DNA of 63,383 bases, the filler included, from Olpidium bornovanus S191 (lineage: Eukaryota > Fungi > Olpidiomycota): the NCBI GenBank assembly GCA_017911155.1. It is 26 parts of 26 records of this genome, joined end to end, with 100 filler letters (N's around TTAATTAATTAA, not from the genome) between each part and the next. Parts side by side here need not be neighbours in the genome. Positions count along the whole stretch, not along the records: positions 21,720 to 24,929 come from JAEFCI010013429.1; positions 25,030 to 26,411 come from JAEFCI010003585.1; positions 26,512 to 28,441 come from JAEFCI010009558.1; positions 28,542 to 30,170 come from JAEFCI010011515.1; positions 30,271 to 32,216 come from JAEFCI010011237.1; positions 32,317 to 35,856 come from JAEFCI010000014.1; 20 more parts are not named here. The stretch is one strand, 5' to 3'. This document shows positions 23,243 to 35,956 of the stretch, piece after piece. The notes beneath the pieces were generated by a model. That model searched no databases, had not been told where the DNA came from, and saw only the letters and a list, made by a program, of their open reading frames with translations. The position numbers and the translations under genes were made by a program. How positions within the stretch are numbered: the stretch's first letter is position 1; every line of letters begins with the position of its first letter.

Positions 23243-24742
23243 GTGAGCCAGGGTTCTCACGTGCTTACAAGCCTGGTTAGCTATTATGGCGACTCGGACG
23301 AAGAAGAACAAGTAGCGAACGATGCTGGTACAAATTTTCTGCGGTGCCCCGATGGCGGATGGCTGAGAAATGCCGATACTCACAGCGCTTACGGAAACGG
23401 AACTCCTTGCGATCCTTCACGAAAAAGTAGTGCTTCCCGGTCTCGCTCAGTATTCCGATGAAGTCGAGAGCGGGGGCGAAGATAATGACAAGGTGAGTAT
23501 TTCCACGGCTACGTCTACGTTTTCTCTTTGCCGAATGCCGAAGTTCCTTAGAACTGACTCTAATTTACCGAAGATGTTTTTTTCGTGATTTTATTTCCGC
23601 GTACTGGTCTCCAGCCACCTTCGGAGGTGATCGTGCACGTTTCGAGCAACCGAATGCCTAAATTAGTGCCGGCGGAACCATCTTTTTCAGGCAAGAGGAA
23701 GTTCCGACCGCCGTGCATGGTTCGCGTCTCTTCCAAATCACCATCTTCCGGGCCCAATGTCGCCTCGGATGCGCCTGCGTCTCGAATGACGGCATCGCCG
23801 GAAACTCGGACGCTGTCTGAGCGCATGCTGGATACCAGGTTGGCGCACGGAGAAGTGATCACCGCTCGAGGCGACTCACCTGCTTCCGGCACACCTGTGA
23901 CGTCGGTGCGGGAGCGGGTGGGCTCGTTTTGGGAGGAGCGGCGTGAGCTTTTAAAGATCCCGCCGCCGGACGGCGAAGCGCCTTGGGCGTTGCCGCCAGA
24001 ACCTGAAGGCGAACCCTCCGCGGAGGTTCAGGTCAGTTGCATACGTGGGCGTATGCTTCGCGGTTTCCCACCTTTTCTTATTTGTTGCTCGTCTTTTGCC
24101 GTGGGCTCATCTTTTTTTCGTTGACAGGCGCGGATCCAGAAGTACCACGCCCTCCGCCAGCAAGGTCTCAACTACAATGAAAACTTACTGAAGAACAAAA
24201 TGTACCGCAACCCCCGCATTTACTCGAAACTCGTCGAGTTCGTCGATTTGGACGAGATAGCCACCAATTTCCAACCAGAAGTCTATAACCCGAAGGGTTT
24301 CTGCGCAAACTCGTACTACGATCAATTAGGTACGGCTTTCGAGGAAAGAGCGCGTTTTTTTGTTTTCCACTGCCGGCGCACAATCCCCCCCTTTTTTCGT
24401 TTTCTTTCTTTTCTTTTTTTTTTTTTTTTTTGTGCGCACACGAAAACTGCGATGCCTGACGAATCTTTTGAAACGCCGCGTCGAAATCCCGCAGCGATCG
24501 TACAGCGGAAGCGGGCGGAGGAGCTTGCCGCGTCGCAGTCCGCCAACCGGTCGTCAGTTGCGTTCACGAGTTCAAGCAAGACGGCTGTCGAGCCGCCTCC
24601 CTCCATTGCCGCCTCCATCGCCGCGGCAAAGGCGAAGGCGGCAGAGGCAGCTGCGGCGGCCATCGCCGCGGCGAATCGCGCGAAACGGCCGAGCAAGTGG
24701 GACCAGCAGGCGCCCGACCGCAAGCGAGGGAGGGTACCATAG
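23243..24742 (+). CDS. SAP30BP: HCNGP/SAP30-binding-protein-like; start codon not found locally
   Basis: LTSLVSYYGDSDEEE, LPPEPEGEPSAEVQ/ARIQKYHALRQQGLNYNENLLKNKMYRNPRIYSKLVEFVDLDEIATNFQPEVYNP...SYYDQL and C-terminal RPSKWDQ. Confidence 0.88.
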
Positions 24743-25060
24743 AGCGCGCGCGCACCGTTGGCGCCCAAAGGGTGAAAGAGAATTCTGAACGAAAATGCGC
24801 AGTTACGCGTGCGACGGTGGCTCTCCGAATGGTTTATCCACTGACGAGAACCAACCCGTTAAAATTACTTAGCTATCGAGAAAGTGTTTTGAGCGCCTAA
24901 CGTCTCCTTCGCGCAGTTTCGGGCCCATGNNNNNNNNNNNNNNNNNNNNNNNNNNNNNNNNNNNNNNNNNNNNTTAATTAATTAANNNNNNNNNNNNNNN
25001 NNNNNNNNNNNNNNNNNNNNNNNNNNNNNAAAGAAAAAAAAGAAAACAAAAAAAAAAACG

Positions 25061-25108
<48 letters not shown>

Positions 25109-26511
25109 GAGGCTGACTAGGCGCTCATCAAAGCGTGCTTGTTGCGATTCCATGGTCTCGCGCAAATTGGCTACTTCTTCGTTGTGCGTCGACGCGGGTT
25201 TCTCAGTGTTCTCCGCGTCGGCGACCACACGTTCTGTTATGGTGCGGCCCACAGCACGGTGGGGCGCACCCGCACGGTTTTTCATAGGTGCGGGCGCCTT
25301 CGGCAAAACCAAGCGGCGAGAGGTGAAAACCACCTGCCCTTGCACTCGCTGTGTCCTGCGGTGCCGCCATGATCACGCATTTTGTTCTCACGGTTGTCGG
25401 GCTTGCTTGATGCAGAAAATAAAAAAAAAGCAGAAACCGCTTGGCTAGGACAAACGCGGGAAACGGTTTGCTCTGCGTCTTCAGAAAACCGGAAAGCGAT
25501 TAGTTCTCTCAGACGAGGCCGTCCTTGGGGGGCCGGCTCACGCGGCGGAATGGACGGAGCCGCCCTTGGCGGAGAGCGCGCAGCAGAAGCTTGGCGGAGC
25601 GCGCAGCGTTCGTGGTGGCAGGCGAGCGCGCCCGGCGGAGGAGACGGGGCCGTCCTAGGCGGAAAGCGCGATCTTTTTTTTTTTTTTTTCTTTCTTTTAT
25701 GTTGTCAACGGCGCCTTGAGCTCAAGAGCTGTCGCGTTCGCCCGTTTATTATAGGGGAGTGCGCTCGTGGCGGCGACGGGCACGGGAAAAAAAAACCGAC
25801 ACATTGCCTTCATGGAAGCCGGCACGATGCCAGAATCCAAGCAGCATCTCGGAATCCGCAGAGTTTCATGACACAATTTGACCAAGAATGACTTGCAGGC
25901 AGCGATGACGAACGTTCACAGTGAAAAGGGTTCAAGTATTTGCACGTTCGTGATTTGGTGCAGGCTGAATTTTTAACGCGAAAGCTAAGATGAACGATCA
26001 GTTGTCTGTCCCGCCATAATTCAGAGAAGATCATGCGTTGACAAGTTGAAGCGCCTGAATGTCAAACAAAAGTAGCCAAGATGTACCATGGCCGTGTTGA
26101 CGAAGACCTTGGGTGCCGTACGTTGTTATACCCAATACGACCCTTGACGTGCAAAGCGGCGGGCGAACGGCCGCGGCGGCTGACGCGGCGGCAGAGAGAT
26201 AGAGAGAGAAAAAGATCATGGCAATTGAGCTCAAAATCGCGCGTCGAAGTTCGCCACCCTGCGCGTTTGTCGTCAGTGGGGTTCCGGAGACATGACGCAA
26301 ATCGTATGGAAACTTTACAAGACCGCGGTGCGCTGTTTATTTACGGCGGTTTCTGCGTAGGTCTGTTTGTATAGGTCTGCCAATCGTCCGGCAGTGCGCG
26401 CTGGCGCCGTTNNNNNNNNNNNNNNNNNNNNNNNNNNNNNNNNNNNNNNNNNNNNTTAATTAATTAANNNNNNNNNNNNNNNNNNNNNNNNNNNNNNNNN
26501 NNNNNNNNNNN

Positions 26512-27610
26512 CCATGACGGCCTCAGCCGAAACCAACGTACGGCCGCCATCATCTTGAACAAACTTAGCCTCTGGCAAAGACGGGGCCGATAGCCGGCGC
26601 AAGTCACGGCTGCGGACGTTCGAATTATAAGGTCGGCCGCCCGTCGCCAGAACTTTCGCCTCGGTGGCTGGTAGTCCTTCGCTCGCGACCTCCCCGTGTG
26701 AAAGGTGTGAGACAACATCCACAGCTACTGCCCGCATGATACCGCTCCGCTTTTTGGCGGTCTCGCGCACAGCTTGACATTCCTCATTTGCTGACGCCGA
26801 GGTTTCCTGAGGAGCTGCGTGGGAACCATTACCGGAGGGTGCTGGAACCACAAAGGACGAAGAGGCGGTCGTCCGTCGCGAATTAGCCTCGCGGGCAGAC
26901 GAGGCTCCTAAAACTGGTACCACATTGTTATTATGTCCGGTAGAGGCAGGAGCCTGAAACCCATCCGCTGAAGCGAGCGAACGGGCGGTCTGGTTCGCAG
27001 CCCCGTCCGCTTTGGTTGCCTCATGAGACAACAGGTTTTCGGCATTACTTGCCCGTCTGGCCGGCAACGAGACGCCGACACTCCCTAGAGTATACATTTG
27101 CGAGCAGATTTTCTCGCTGTTATGGTTTCCGTCCCCCCTCAAAACCTAACCTTTCTTAAAGAAGAATTCCTTACCGGTGTCCTGTAGAACCCTGGTGTTG
27201 CCCGCCGGCAACGTCTCGACTCGTGCGCCGTTGCGGTTGGAAACGCGGCGTCCCTCGGGGGGACCGGCGGCGGCGGCAACAAAGGACGAGCGGCGTTCGG
27301 CTGTCACGGACGCGGCGGTGGCGCGAGCGGATGTGTCGTGGATTCGGGCGGCGCCGGGGGCCCTTGCCGGGACAGCATGAGGGGCGGCAGCAGCCGGCGC
27401 TGCTCTCGTCGTCGAGCGTTGCGACGACGACGACGACGGCGGGGGGGCCGCGGACGGCAAGGAGGAGGAAGACCGCGGGCCTGTTGTGGCTGCCGGCGCG
27501 TCGTCGCGGTGCCGCGGCGCGGCGTGCGGCTGTGCCGCGGCGGTCCTCGCGCGGTAGATCCTAAGCTTGTCCTTCGCTCTGCTGAGCTGCGCGGCCCGCC
27601 GCTGCTCCAT
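26512..27610 (-). CDS. Hypothetical protein with golgin-like N-terminus and long S/A-rich low-complexity region (3' truncated)
   Basis: MEQRRAAQLSRAKDKLRIYRAR resembles the GM130/Bug1-type N-terminal motif; a second long open frame runs 27142-26512. Confidence 0.35.
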
Positions 27611-29628
27611 TCGCGAACCGCCGGCGGCGGCCAGAGAGCGTGGGAGAGAAAGCGAGAGAGAGAGACCGAGAGAGATCGTTCTGCTTTCCCGCGGCGGCAG
27701 AGAGAGCGGAGGCCCCGGCGGGCCTGTGCGCGGGGCGGGCGGGCGGGGCGGGCGGAGCGGTGAGCCTCCCGCGCGGGCTCCCTCTCTCGCTAACCGACCA
27801 ACCGCCCCGCAGCCGTCCCCTTTCTCCCCTCCCGCGCCCGCCTCGAAATTCCCCACTGCCGCCCCGCCGCACCTCCTATGACAGAAGAACACGATGCACT
27901 TATAAAAGGCAAAAAAAATAAAGAAAATAAAGGCCTGCGAGCCTAAAAAAAAAGTTAAAAACAGAGGCGTCTCCCGCTCCATTAAAAGCTGGCGGCCGCC
28001 CATTTTCCAATGAATGTCCCTTGCCGCGTGTGCTCCGCGTGTTGGCCTCCTTTTTTGGCCTTTTTTTGCCTTTCTGCCGGTTGGCCCGCTGGGGCCCACC
28101 GGGCCGACAAAGCCGGATTGCCGGACTGCGGGTTCAGATTCCCGCTGTCCGAGCAGTCGCCGTGATCGGAGCCAGGGTGGGAAAGACCAGAGGGGAGGGG
28201 GGTCGTTCCGGTCTGACGTTTTAGCCTCTCCGTCGGTTGAAAATGCGCCTACCGCGACGCGCGCGCCGCGTGCTCTCTCCCCGAAGGAGCGGCGGGAGGA
28301 AGGGGGGGGGGGCGGAAAGAAACCATGATCCGTGTTTTCCGCAAAGAGGGGTCGCGTTTTCCCGACCTTCGCGTGTGTGGGCGGATGTCGTTTGCAAAGG
28401 ACCTTTGCTCGATGAGAGGAGGACTAGCACAGCTGGGGAACNNNNNNNNNNNNNNNNNNNNNNNNNNNNNNNNNNNNNNNNNNNNTTAATTAATTAANNN
28501 NNNNNNNNNNNNNNNNNNNNNNNNNNNNNNNNNNNNNNNNNACCCGATCACCTCGCACAGCTTCACATCTGCGCGTGCGTCAAAAATCCCCCCCAACCGC
28601 GAACGGCTATCCCGTCAGCAAACATCCCGCGACGCGCGTTTTTTATAGGGCCGATCTTCATGGCAATCCCAGAAACGACACCCGCCCACACGTCCTCCCT
28701 TCACCCCACCCCCGCTCTCCGGTTCACCTCTTTGAACGGCCGCTTCGTCGCTTCTCGGCCGGCGGCCCATCAGTTTCTGGTACCTCGCGTTCCACGGATC
28801 TGCCCGGTTGGTTTATCCCAAAAAGAAGGGACGGGAGGGGGCAACGGCAACGAGGACTGTTGAGCACAAGAAGAAATTGGCCGGAAAAAAAACCGCTGAA
28901 TCCCCCCCCCCTCCCGCCCCCAATTAAAACCAAAAAAAATAATAAAAACCAAAAAAAGAAAAATTAAAAAATTTCTCTTTTCTTCCCCTCTCCTCCTCCC
29001 CCTCCCCCCCTCTTCCCCCAGGCTGCGCAGTTCCACACCTCCAGCCTTCAGCGGGCTTCTATCCAGACTGCTTCCCAGCTTGTTTTCTGTGTGACGTTCG
29101 TGGTACCCCAAACCGCAAAATGAGAGCCGGCGTAAAAATTTCGAAAGGGGCGGGGGAAAGCATTCCCGCTTTTTTCCCCTTATTTTCCGGGGACGAAAAA
29201 GGAAAAAAATATATATTTTGCGGCCACGCTTCCCCCCCTCCCCCCCCCCCCCCCCCCCCCCAACCTTTTCTCCGGCTGTACTCGCTGTCGCTGGTCAAAA
29301 CAAATTTGCGGGAAACGCGCAAGTCTCAATTTACTCGGTCTGCCAGGTCGGGTGGGCCGGGGTGGGGGCCAGGGGAACGACACGTCGGCTTCTGACGTTA
29401 TCTTCTCGTACCTGCTATTAGGAGCCCTGCCGAGTCCGTGTAGTTCCTCGGCCGAGAGCACGACAGAGGCGCCTATGGACTGGAAAAAGGGAAGAAACGG
29501 GCAGATTCCGGTTGGACCAGTCAGGATGGGAAGATGATGTGCGGGGAGCGTGGTCTGCGGGGGGGCCCTCATTGTGCCCACTCTCAAAAAACTATCGGAT
29601 CAAATGATCGACGGGAGGGAGGGGAAAG

Positions 29629-30010
29629 TTACCGCACCAGCGCCTCGACGTCCGTGACCCGAGACGGCGAGTTGTAGTCCTCCGTCGTGTCGTAGCTGAC
29701 GAGCGACAGCGCGCTGGCGTCCATGCTCACGTTCAGGTACGGCCAGTGCGAGGTGCGCAGGTCCGCGGGATGATGCCGCTGCTGCGGCTGCAACTGTTGG
29801 TGGTGGTGGTGGTGTTGATGCGGCCCAAGGGGGGAAACCGGCGCCGCCCCCGGCGCAGACTTGGGAGGGTGGATCCTGACTGCGAGGGCGGAGGGGCCTG
29901 ACGGCGGCGGGTCGATGTTGCTGCTGTTACCGTTGTTGGTGGATTGGACAAGCAGGTCGATCCATTCGTCACGCTCCTTTTTGCTTTGCGCGGCGAACAC
30001 GTACTGCGAA
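29629..30010 (-). CDS. Exon of a PH-domain signalling protein (C-terminal PH helix plus Q/H-rich linker)
   Basis: YVFAAQSKKERDEWIDLLVQS follows a CAG acceptor; a donor lies near 29632. Confidence 0.6.
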
Positions 30011-30270
30011 GGTAAAAAAAAAAAAAAAAAAAAGTCCGGGGGTGGAGTTGGTTTTCCGGATTGTAATTACAAAAGCGGAAAAGTGGGAGTGGGAATAAGG
30101 TAAAAAAAAAAGCAAAAAAAAGAACGAAAATAAAGTAAAAAAAGGAACACGGACCCGCGCCCCACCCATGNNNNNNNNNNNNNNNNNNNNNNNNNNNNNN
30201 NNNNNNNNNNNNNNTTAATTAATTAANNNNNNNNNNNNNNNNNNNNNNNNNNNNNNNNNNNNNNNNNNNN

Positions 30271-31827
30271 CATGCGTCTTTCTGCCATTGGCCTCCCTCG
30301 CGCCCGCAGGCCAATGATACCGCGAAAAAACGGGTCTCGCACAAACCTTCCGCAGAGCGGGGTCGTGCAGAAAACCGCACCGGTCCCCGTTGGTGCAACG
30401 CCCCTGCGCGAAATACTTGCAGGGCAGCCGTTTCCTCCGGTCGCGTTGCGGCCGCCCGTCCAATCCTGCGCCTTCCGCGCCCTCGTCGTCGTGTTTCGCG
30501 TCGCTTCCGCCAGCACGGCTCACGGAGACCGGCTCGGCGTCGGGCTCTCCCGCATCATCGTCCTCCCCGTCCTCCCCGTCCTCCCCGTCCTCCTCGTCCT
30601 CGTTCCCGTCTTCGCTGCCACGACCGGCCTTCTTCGCCGCTCGGCTCTCCGCCTCCTGCGGCGATTTTGCGTCCCCGCCTTCGGCGGCCGCGTCCGATTC
30701 CGAGCTGTAGTCCGCGACGAGACCGACGGCGGCGGTCGAGACTTCGGATGCCTCGTCTTCCTTCTCCGCCGCGCCAACCCGGCTCCGTTTGCCAGGCACT
30801 CCTCCTCTGTTATCCAAGTCCCCCGCCGGCCCGCGCTTCTCGCCGGAAGGTAAGGGCACACCTGCTGCTTCTTGTTTCTAGTGAAACACAAAACGGGGTC
30901 AATCGCCAATGGTCTCCTTCCCCCCTCCTCCCTCGCCAGATTCCCCCCCGAAACAACCTGCGGAGCAGGCACAAACGTGCGTGCACAACAAACAGGCGGT
31001 AACTACACTCAGCAGCCCACGGCCGTTCGTCGCAGCATTTTTTTTACCTTCCGGAGGATGTTGGCATCCGTCGGATAGTTCTTTCGCCGCTCGGCCCTCC
31101 ACCGCTCGATCTTCTCGGGAGTGTCCAGGTCAAACGTCATAACCGGCGCGCCGTCCCATCCGCCGGCGCCGCGGGCAGGCTGACGGGGCGATCTTTGGAA
31201 CGCCAGCGGCAGCAAAGAAAACTATGGCCAGTTAACACGCCCGACTTTTGCCGAAATCACGCCGAACTACCCACGCGTTGAAGAACGCAAAACTTCGGAT
31301 GGGGGGGGGGAAGGGTTCGCAAAAAGGCAAACAGCAATGGCGGCCCTCCCCCGCCACCGGCTCCAGCCCCACCTGCAGTCCGTCGGGCGGGGCCAACCGT
31401 GGTGTCCTCCTCTTCTGCCGCCGCGGCCTCCCCTCGCCCCGTGCCCTCCTCCCCCTGCTCCTCCTCTCCCTTGCCCGCGGGACGGGTGGCCCCCCCGCTC
31501 CTGCTCCGCCAGCGCGGCTGCGACCGCCTGGCGCACGAGGTCGCCGATGTCGGACGAGGGCGCGGCGGCGGCGGCCTGCCGTTCCGCCAGCAGGACGGCC
31601 TGGCCGACCAGGTCCGCGTGGTGCAGGTGCTCGCCCTCCGGCGGCTGCTGCTGCTGCTGCTGCTGCTGGCGCAGGGGCCTGGCGTTTCCTCCCCCGCCCC
31701 CGCGGCCGCGGTGGCCGGGGGCCCCTCCTCCTCCGCGGCCGCCGCCGCGGCCGGGCGGCCGCGCGCCATACCCCGCAGGCGGCGGGAGAGGGGCGCTGTA
31801 TCCGGCCGGCGGCAGCAGGGGGGTCAT
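30271..31827 (-). CDS. NUFIP1: NUFIP1/Rsa1-like box C/D snoRNP assembly factor with CCCH zinc finger (3' truncated)
   Basis: FDLDTPEKIERWRAERRKNYPTDANILRK (NUFIP1 domain) and LPCKYFAQGRCTNGDRCGFLHDP (C-x8-C-x5-C-x3-H). Confidence 0.8.
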
Positions 31828-31951
31828 GGGGGGGGGGGGTGTGCGTTCTGCCGGGGGGGCGGCGGTCGCGCTCCCCGGGTGCGCCGGGAGAGTAACGCGC
31901 GGGCGGCGGAGGGGCGCGCGCGGGGGCGGCAGGAACGGGCGTCGTCGGGGG

Positions 31952-31986
<35 letters not shown>

Positions 31987-32316
31987 GCCGCCCGTTGGCG
32001 CCACACGGCCGCTGCGCGGGAGAAAGAGACTACGCGATCTTCACCATCAATTCATTCATCACCCGTCATCATTCATCCCGTCATTCACCGTCATTCATTC
32101 ATCACCCACGTCACCCCGTCATCCATTTATTGATCGGTCGTCCCCACGGGGACAGCAGGAGAGACGAAGAAGAGAAAAAAAAAATATGCGCAAACGAGAT
32201 CGAGCGAACGGCGGGGNNNNNNNNNNNNNNNNNNNNNNNNNNNNNNNNNNNNNNNNNNNNTTAATTAATTAANNNNNNNNNNNNNNNNNNNNNNNNNNNN
32301 NNNNNNNNNNNNNNNN

Positions 32317-33537
32317 CATGGCCACCACCGTCGGCGAGAACTTTAACCGGGCGCTGGAGATCCAGCAGAGTACGTGTCCTGAGAAAGCAGTTGTCGTTCT
32401 TACTCTCCTCTTCCACAGTAAAGCGCCACGTGGCGCGCGTTATGCCCAAGAAAAGTGCTCGCGCCGTCGCCCCGCGTTTTCGTCCCGTTCTCCGACACTG
32501 CTAGACACGAAATCGCGTTTCCCGTCCAGATATTATCGCCGGTTCCGATACACAAACGCACATCGATCACATCGAAGATATGATACATCGTCGAGCGCCG
32601 CTGGTTCAGGTTATGCGTCTTCTGTGCTTATGGTCGACAGTGTCCGGGGGACTGAAGCCGAAGCACTACGACCATTTTAGGAGGGAAATTGTTCAGGTAA
32701 TTGTCGGAAAGTGGCAGGGGCGCGCTACGTCGCCAACCCCCGCTTCTGACCATATTTTGGCGGGCATCGACGCGGGGACTCGCCAGACCCACCGCCCTGC
32801 CCCCATTGTCACCCTCTCCCCCCTCTCGAGATTGTCACTGTTTACGCGACACGACTCATCTATATCAGCCTACGCTGCCACGCGACGTTCCCTGCGGCTG
32901 ATCGTTGACGAGGTGGACGAGCAGGCGCCCAACGACGTCGCGTACGTTTATTCGGGTTACGCGCCGCTGTCCGTGCGCCTGGTGCAATGCGCGCTGCAGA
33001 TTCTCCCCAATGGAAAGGCACCGGGCGTGGCTGCCACGGGCGGCGGTCGGTGGAAGGGGTGGGAGGCTGTGCTCAGATCGGTGCCAGGCAGTCTGGTCGA
33101 AGAGGCTCAGATGCCTGGCGAGGGCGCGGCGAGGAGCGTGGGAAGATCGCGTAAGTTCGGTGCAACACCGCGCGGGGCTTTTCGTGAGCGTCAGGTTGAC
33201 GCCTGAGCCGGGATGGTTACACAGACCAGGCCGTATCGCAACCAAGAGTAACCCTTGTGATGTTCCTGGGGGGCTGCACGTTTACTGAGGTGTCAGCTAT
33301 TCGCTTTCTCGGGCAACAGCAGGAAGGTGAGCGGAAGTTCCGTCTACTTTTCCTGCGAATACGCCTTCGGATAAATAACGGGTCTGAACGTGGGGTTGGT
33401 CGTCTACTGCGACGTATCGTACTTTCCGTACCATACCAGGGCGGGACTTCGTTATTTGCACGACGCAGATGATAAATGGGAACTCGCTGCTGAAGCCGTT
33501 TTTCTTCCCGGAAAACGGGAAGGATGCCGGGCGGTGA
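32317..33537 (+). CDS. VPS33: Vps33 (Sec1/Munc18 family), C-terminal half (5' truncated)
   Basis: MRLLCLWSTVSGGLKPKHYDHFRREIVQ, SLRLIVDEVDEQAPNDVAYVYSGYAPLSVRLVQ, VMFLGGCTFTEVSAIRFL and GRDFVICTTQMINGNSLL...*. Confidence 0.92.
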
Positions 33538-34072
33538 CGGCGCAGGACGTTAGACAATGTTTCACGGGGGATCAAAACACGCCTTTCACCAGACTGCGCG
33601 AATGCGCGGACGCGGCGAAGGGGTTGGGTCTGTTGAATGTCGACTGGTGTCTATTCCCTACGTTTACGCACCGTGCTTTGCATTTGATGACTTGGAGGGA
33701 AATCGGGCACGGCGCACTGTTTGTGCCGGGGCTCCCAGCGCGTTTGGCCGATTTCATTCTTTCTCCACCCTCTGTGCGACACAAACACATCAGCCGGACA
33801 TCGCCCAATAGGAGAAGGAAAAACAAAAAAAAAAAAACACGAAGTTCGGCAGTCAGTCGGTCTGCGTGCGCCCCGTGTGCAGTTGTGAATCCGCGCACGT
33901 GCCAAGGATACGGCGGTTTGGTTACGCTGAGCCGGGCGCCGCGTCCCCCGGGGCCGCTTTCGCGCGCCTGGGGCCATCCAGGAAACCCCCCCCCCGCGCC
34001 TTTATTTCCCCGAGAGGGGGAAGGAGCGGCGGCGAGGAGGACGCGCGCCAACTCACCCGCGCGGTGGTGGCA

Positions 34073-35856
34073 ATGGACGGTCCCGCTGCGCCGTCTCGGC
34101 CACTGGACCCAAAGTCAAGGCCCGCCGGAGCCGCCGCTGCGGGACGGCGAGGAGGAGGAGGAGGAGGAGGAGGAGGAGGCGGCGGCGCGAACACTCTGTC
34201 GCGCAGGGTAACGGTGACGGCGGCGGGCGACCGAACACCGCGGGCGGTGTCTTTGGACGGAAGCAGGATCAACATACCCACCGTGCGCTCTTTCGCCGAA
34301 GAGGAAGCGGCGGACACCGGGACCACGTCGGTTGGAGCCGCAACATCAAAGTCGACGCCTGCACTCTCGGTCGGCCACGACTCCAAAGCGGCGGCGGAGG
34401 CGACGCGGGCGTCCTTTCTGAGATCGTCGCAGCAGCTCCGCGGGGCGGGGCGGGCGCTGCCGCCAGAGGAGGCAGCCTCCAACAAATTCGCAAGCTCGTC
34501 CGCGCCCGACCTTTCGCGCGGGCTCGCCCCGGCTGCCGCCGCCGCCTCCAAGAAGCGGATCGGCCGAGGGAAGTCCCCCGCTGCGAGCGTCTCGTCGAGG
34601 TCGTCGCTCGGGGCCTCGCGGCGGGCCAGGGGTCCGCGGTCGCCGGATTCGCAGATCGTGTCCGAGGAATGCGGCTGCAGCGCCAGGCGCGCCGAGCGGA
34701 AACCGAAGGAGCCGCTCGCATCCCCCGCCTCGGACGACAGCGGCAGGGCCAAGACGGCGGCCGCACCGGCTCCCGACGCGTCGCCCCGCACGGCGGACGG
34801 GCCCGGCGCCGAACAGCACTCCGAAAGCCGCGGACACCTCGGGCGCGCCAACGACAGGCGGGACAGGGATAACATGCTGATGGAGGAGAGCCCGCCGCGG
34901 AGTTTTCACCTCGACGAGGCGACCTTTCTCCGGCAGGTCCTCGGCGAACAGCGCGATTACGAAGAAATCGTTGGACCGGCCGCAACCGCCGGCCCCCCCC
35001 CCGCCGCGGCGAAGTACGACGCGGCGACCGGGTCGGCGAACAGATTGGACGAACGGCCGGCCTCGCGAGCGCAACCCGCGACGTCCGCGGAAGCGGCAAT
35101 AAAGGAACTGCTGGCGACCGATATATCTGTTCTCTACACGCACCCGGCCGAGCCGCCAGGTCTGTGCGCATTATCGTCCCGCGCGCTCGGTTCACTAATA
35201 GGCTGGGACCCATTCTCCGCCCACCTCGCTGCTCACTTTGGTGGTGAAATTTCCAGTTGCCCTCCCGTCGGCGGCAGAGGGGGCCGGCACGTACCCGAAC
35301 AGTTACAGCGGTTCGGCTGAATCGGTTCAGAGCGTTCACTTCCAGAGGGAGTACCAGCGTTTGTCGGACGCGGAGCTGCGGAGGCTCAGGCGAGAACAGA
35401 TGATCTACAGCTCGAGCCAGGTCCACGAACTCCTGTCCACCACGGATCCCCGCGAAAGGTTCGGGTCCGGCGTTGTCCACCACAGGCCCGCCCCCTTCGG
35501 CGTCGACTTCAACAGGGCGAGCCTGGAGACGCGGTCCGAAGGGTCGATAAACGGTCACACCCGAAACCACTCGCAAGCGAGCGCAGTGACGGAATCGTTG
35601 TCCGCCAGCGTGCGGCAGAATTTCTCGTCAGTGTTCGGCGACTTCGCCGTGGGCCGCAAAGCGGCGAACCAGCGGCAGCTGCTGCTGCTGCACCTGCAGC
35701 AGATGCAGAGCCAGGAGCAGCCGCACCCCCCGCAGGAGCAGGTCGGTCAGCAGCGACCGCTCGAGGACTTCCAGGAAAAATCCGCGCCGGAGTCCCTCCA
35801 CATCCGCGGTTACGATCTCCACTCCCTCGGAGCCAAGACGCCTCCGTTAAGCCATG
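34073..35856 (+). CDS. Hypothetical disordered S/A/R-rich protein (3' truncated)
   Basis: Two long open frames (33866-35320 and 35238-35856), probably joined by an intron; no recognisable domain. Confidence 0.5.
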
Positions 35857-35956
35857 NNNNNNNNNNNNNNNNNNNNNNNNNNNNNNNNNNNNNNNNNNNN
35901 TTAATTAATTAANNNNNNNNNNNNNNNNNNNNNNNNNNNNNNNNNNNNNNNNNNNN

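Noticed and set aside
25030-26411. Possible coding or gag-like fragments in contig 9 (also contigs 16, 18 and 21, and 2474-3010)
   Set aside because: No recognisable motif or consistent splice model was found, so they are left unannotated.
28745-28765. GTCGCTTCTCGGCC resembling the 5' end of U2 snRNA
   Set aside because: Similarity stops after about 13 nt, with no branch-point pairing region or Sm site following.
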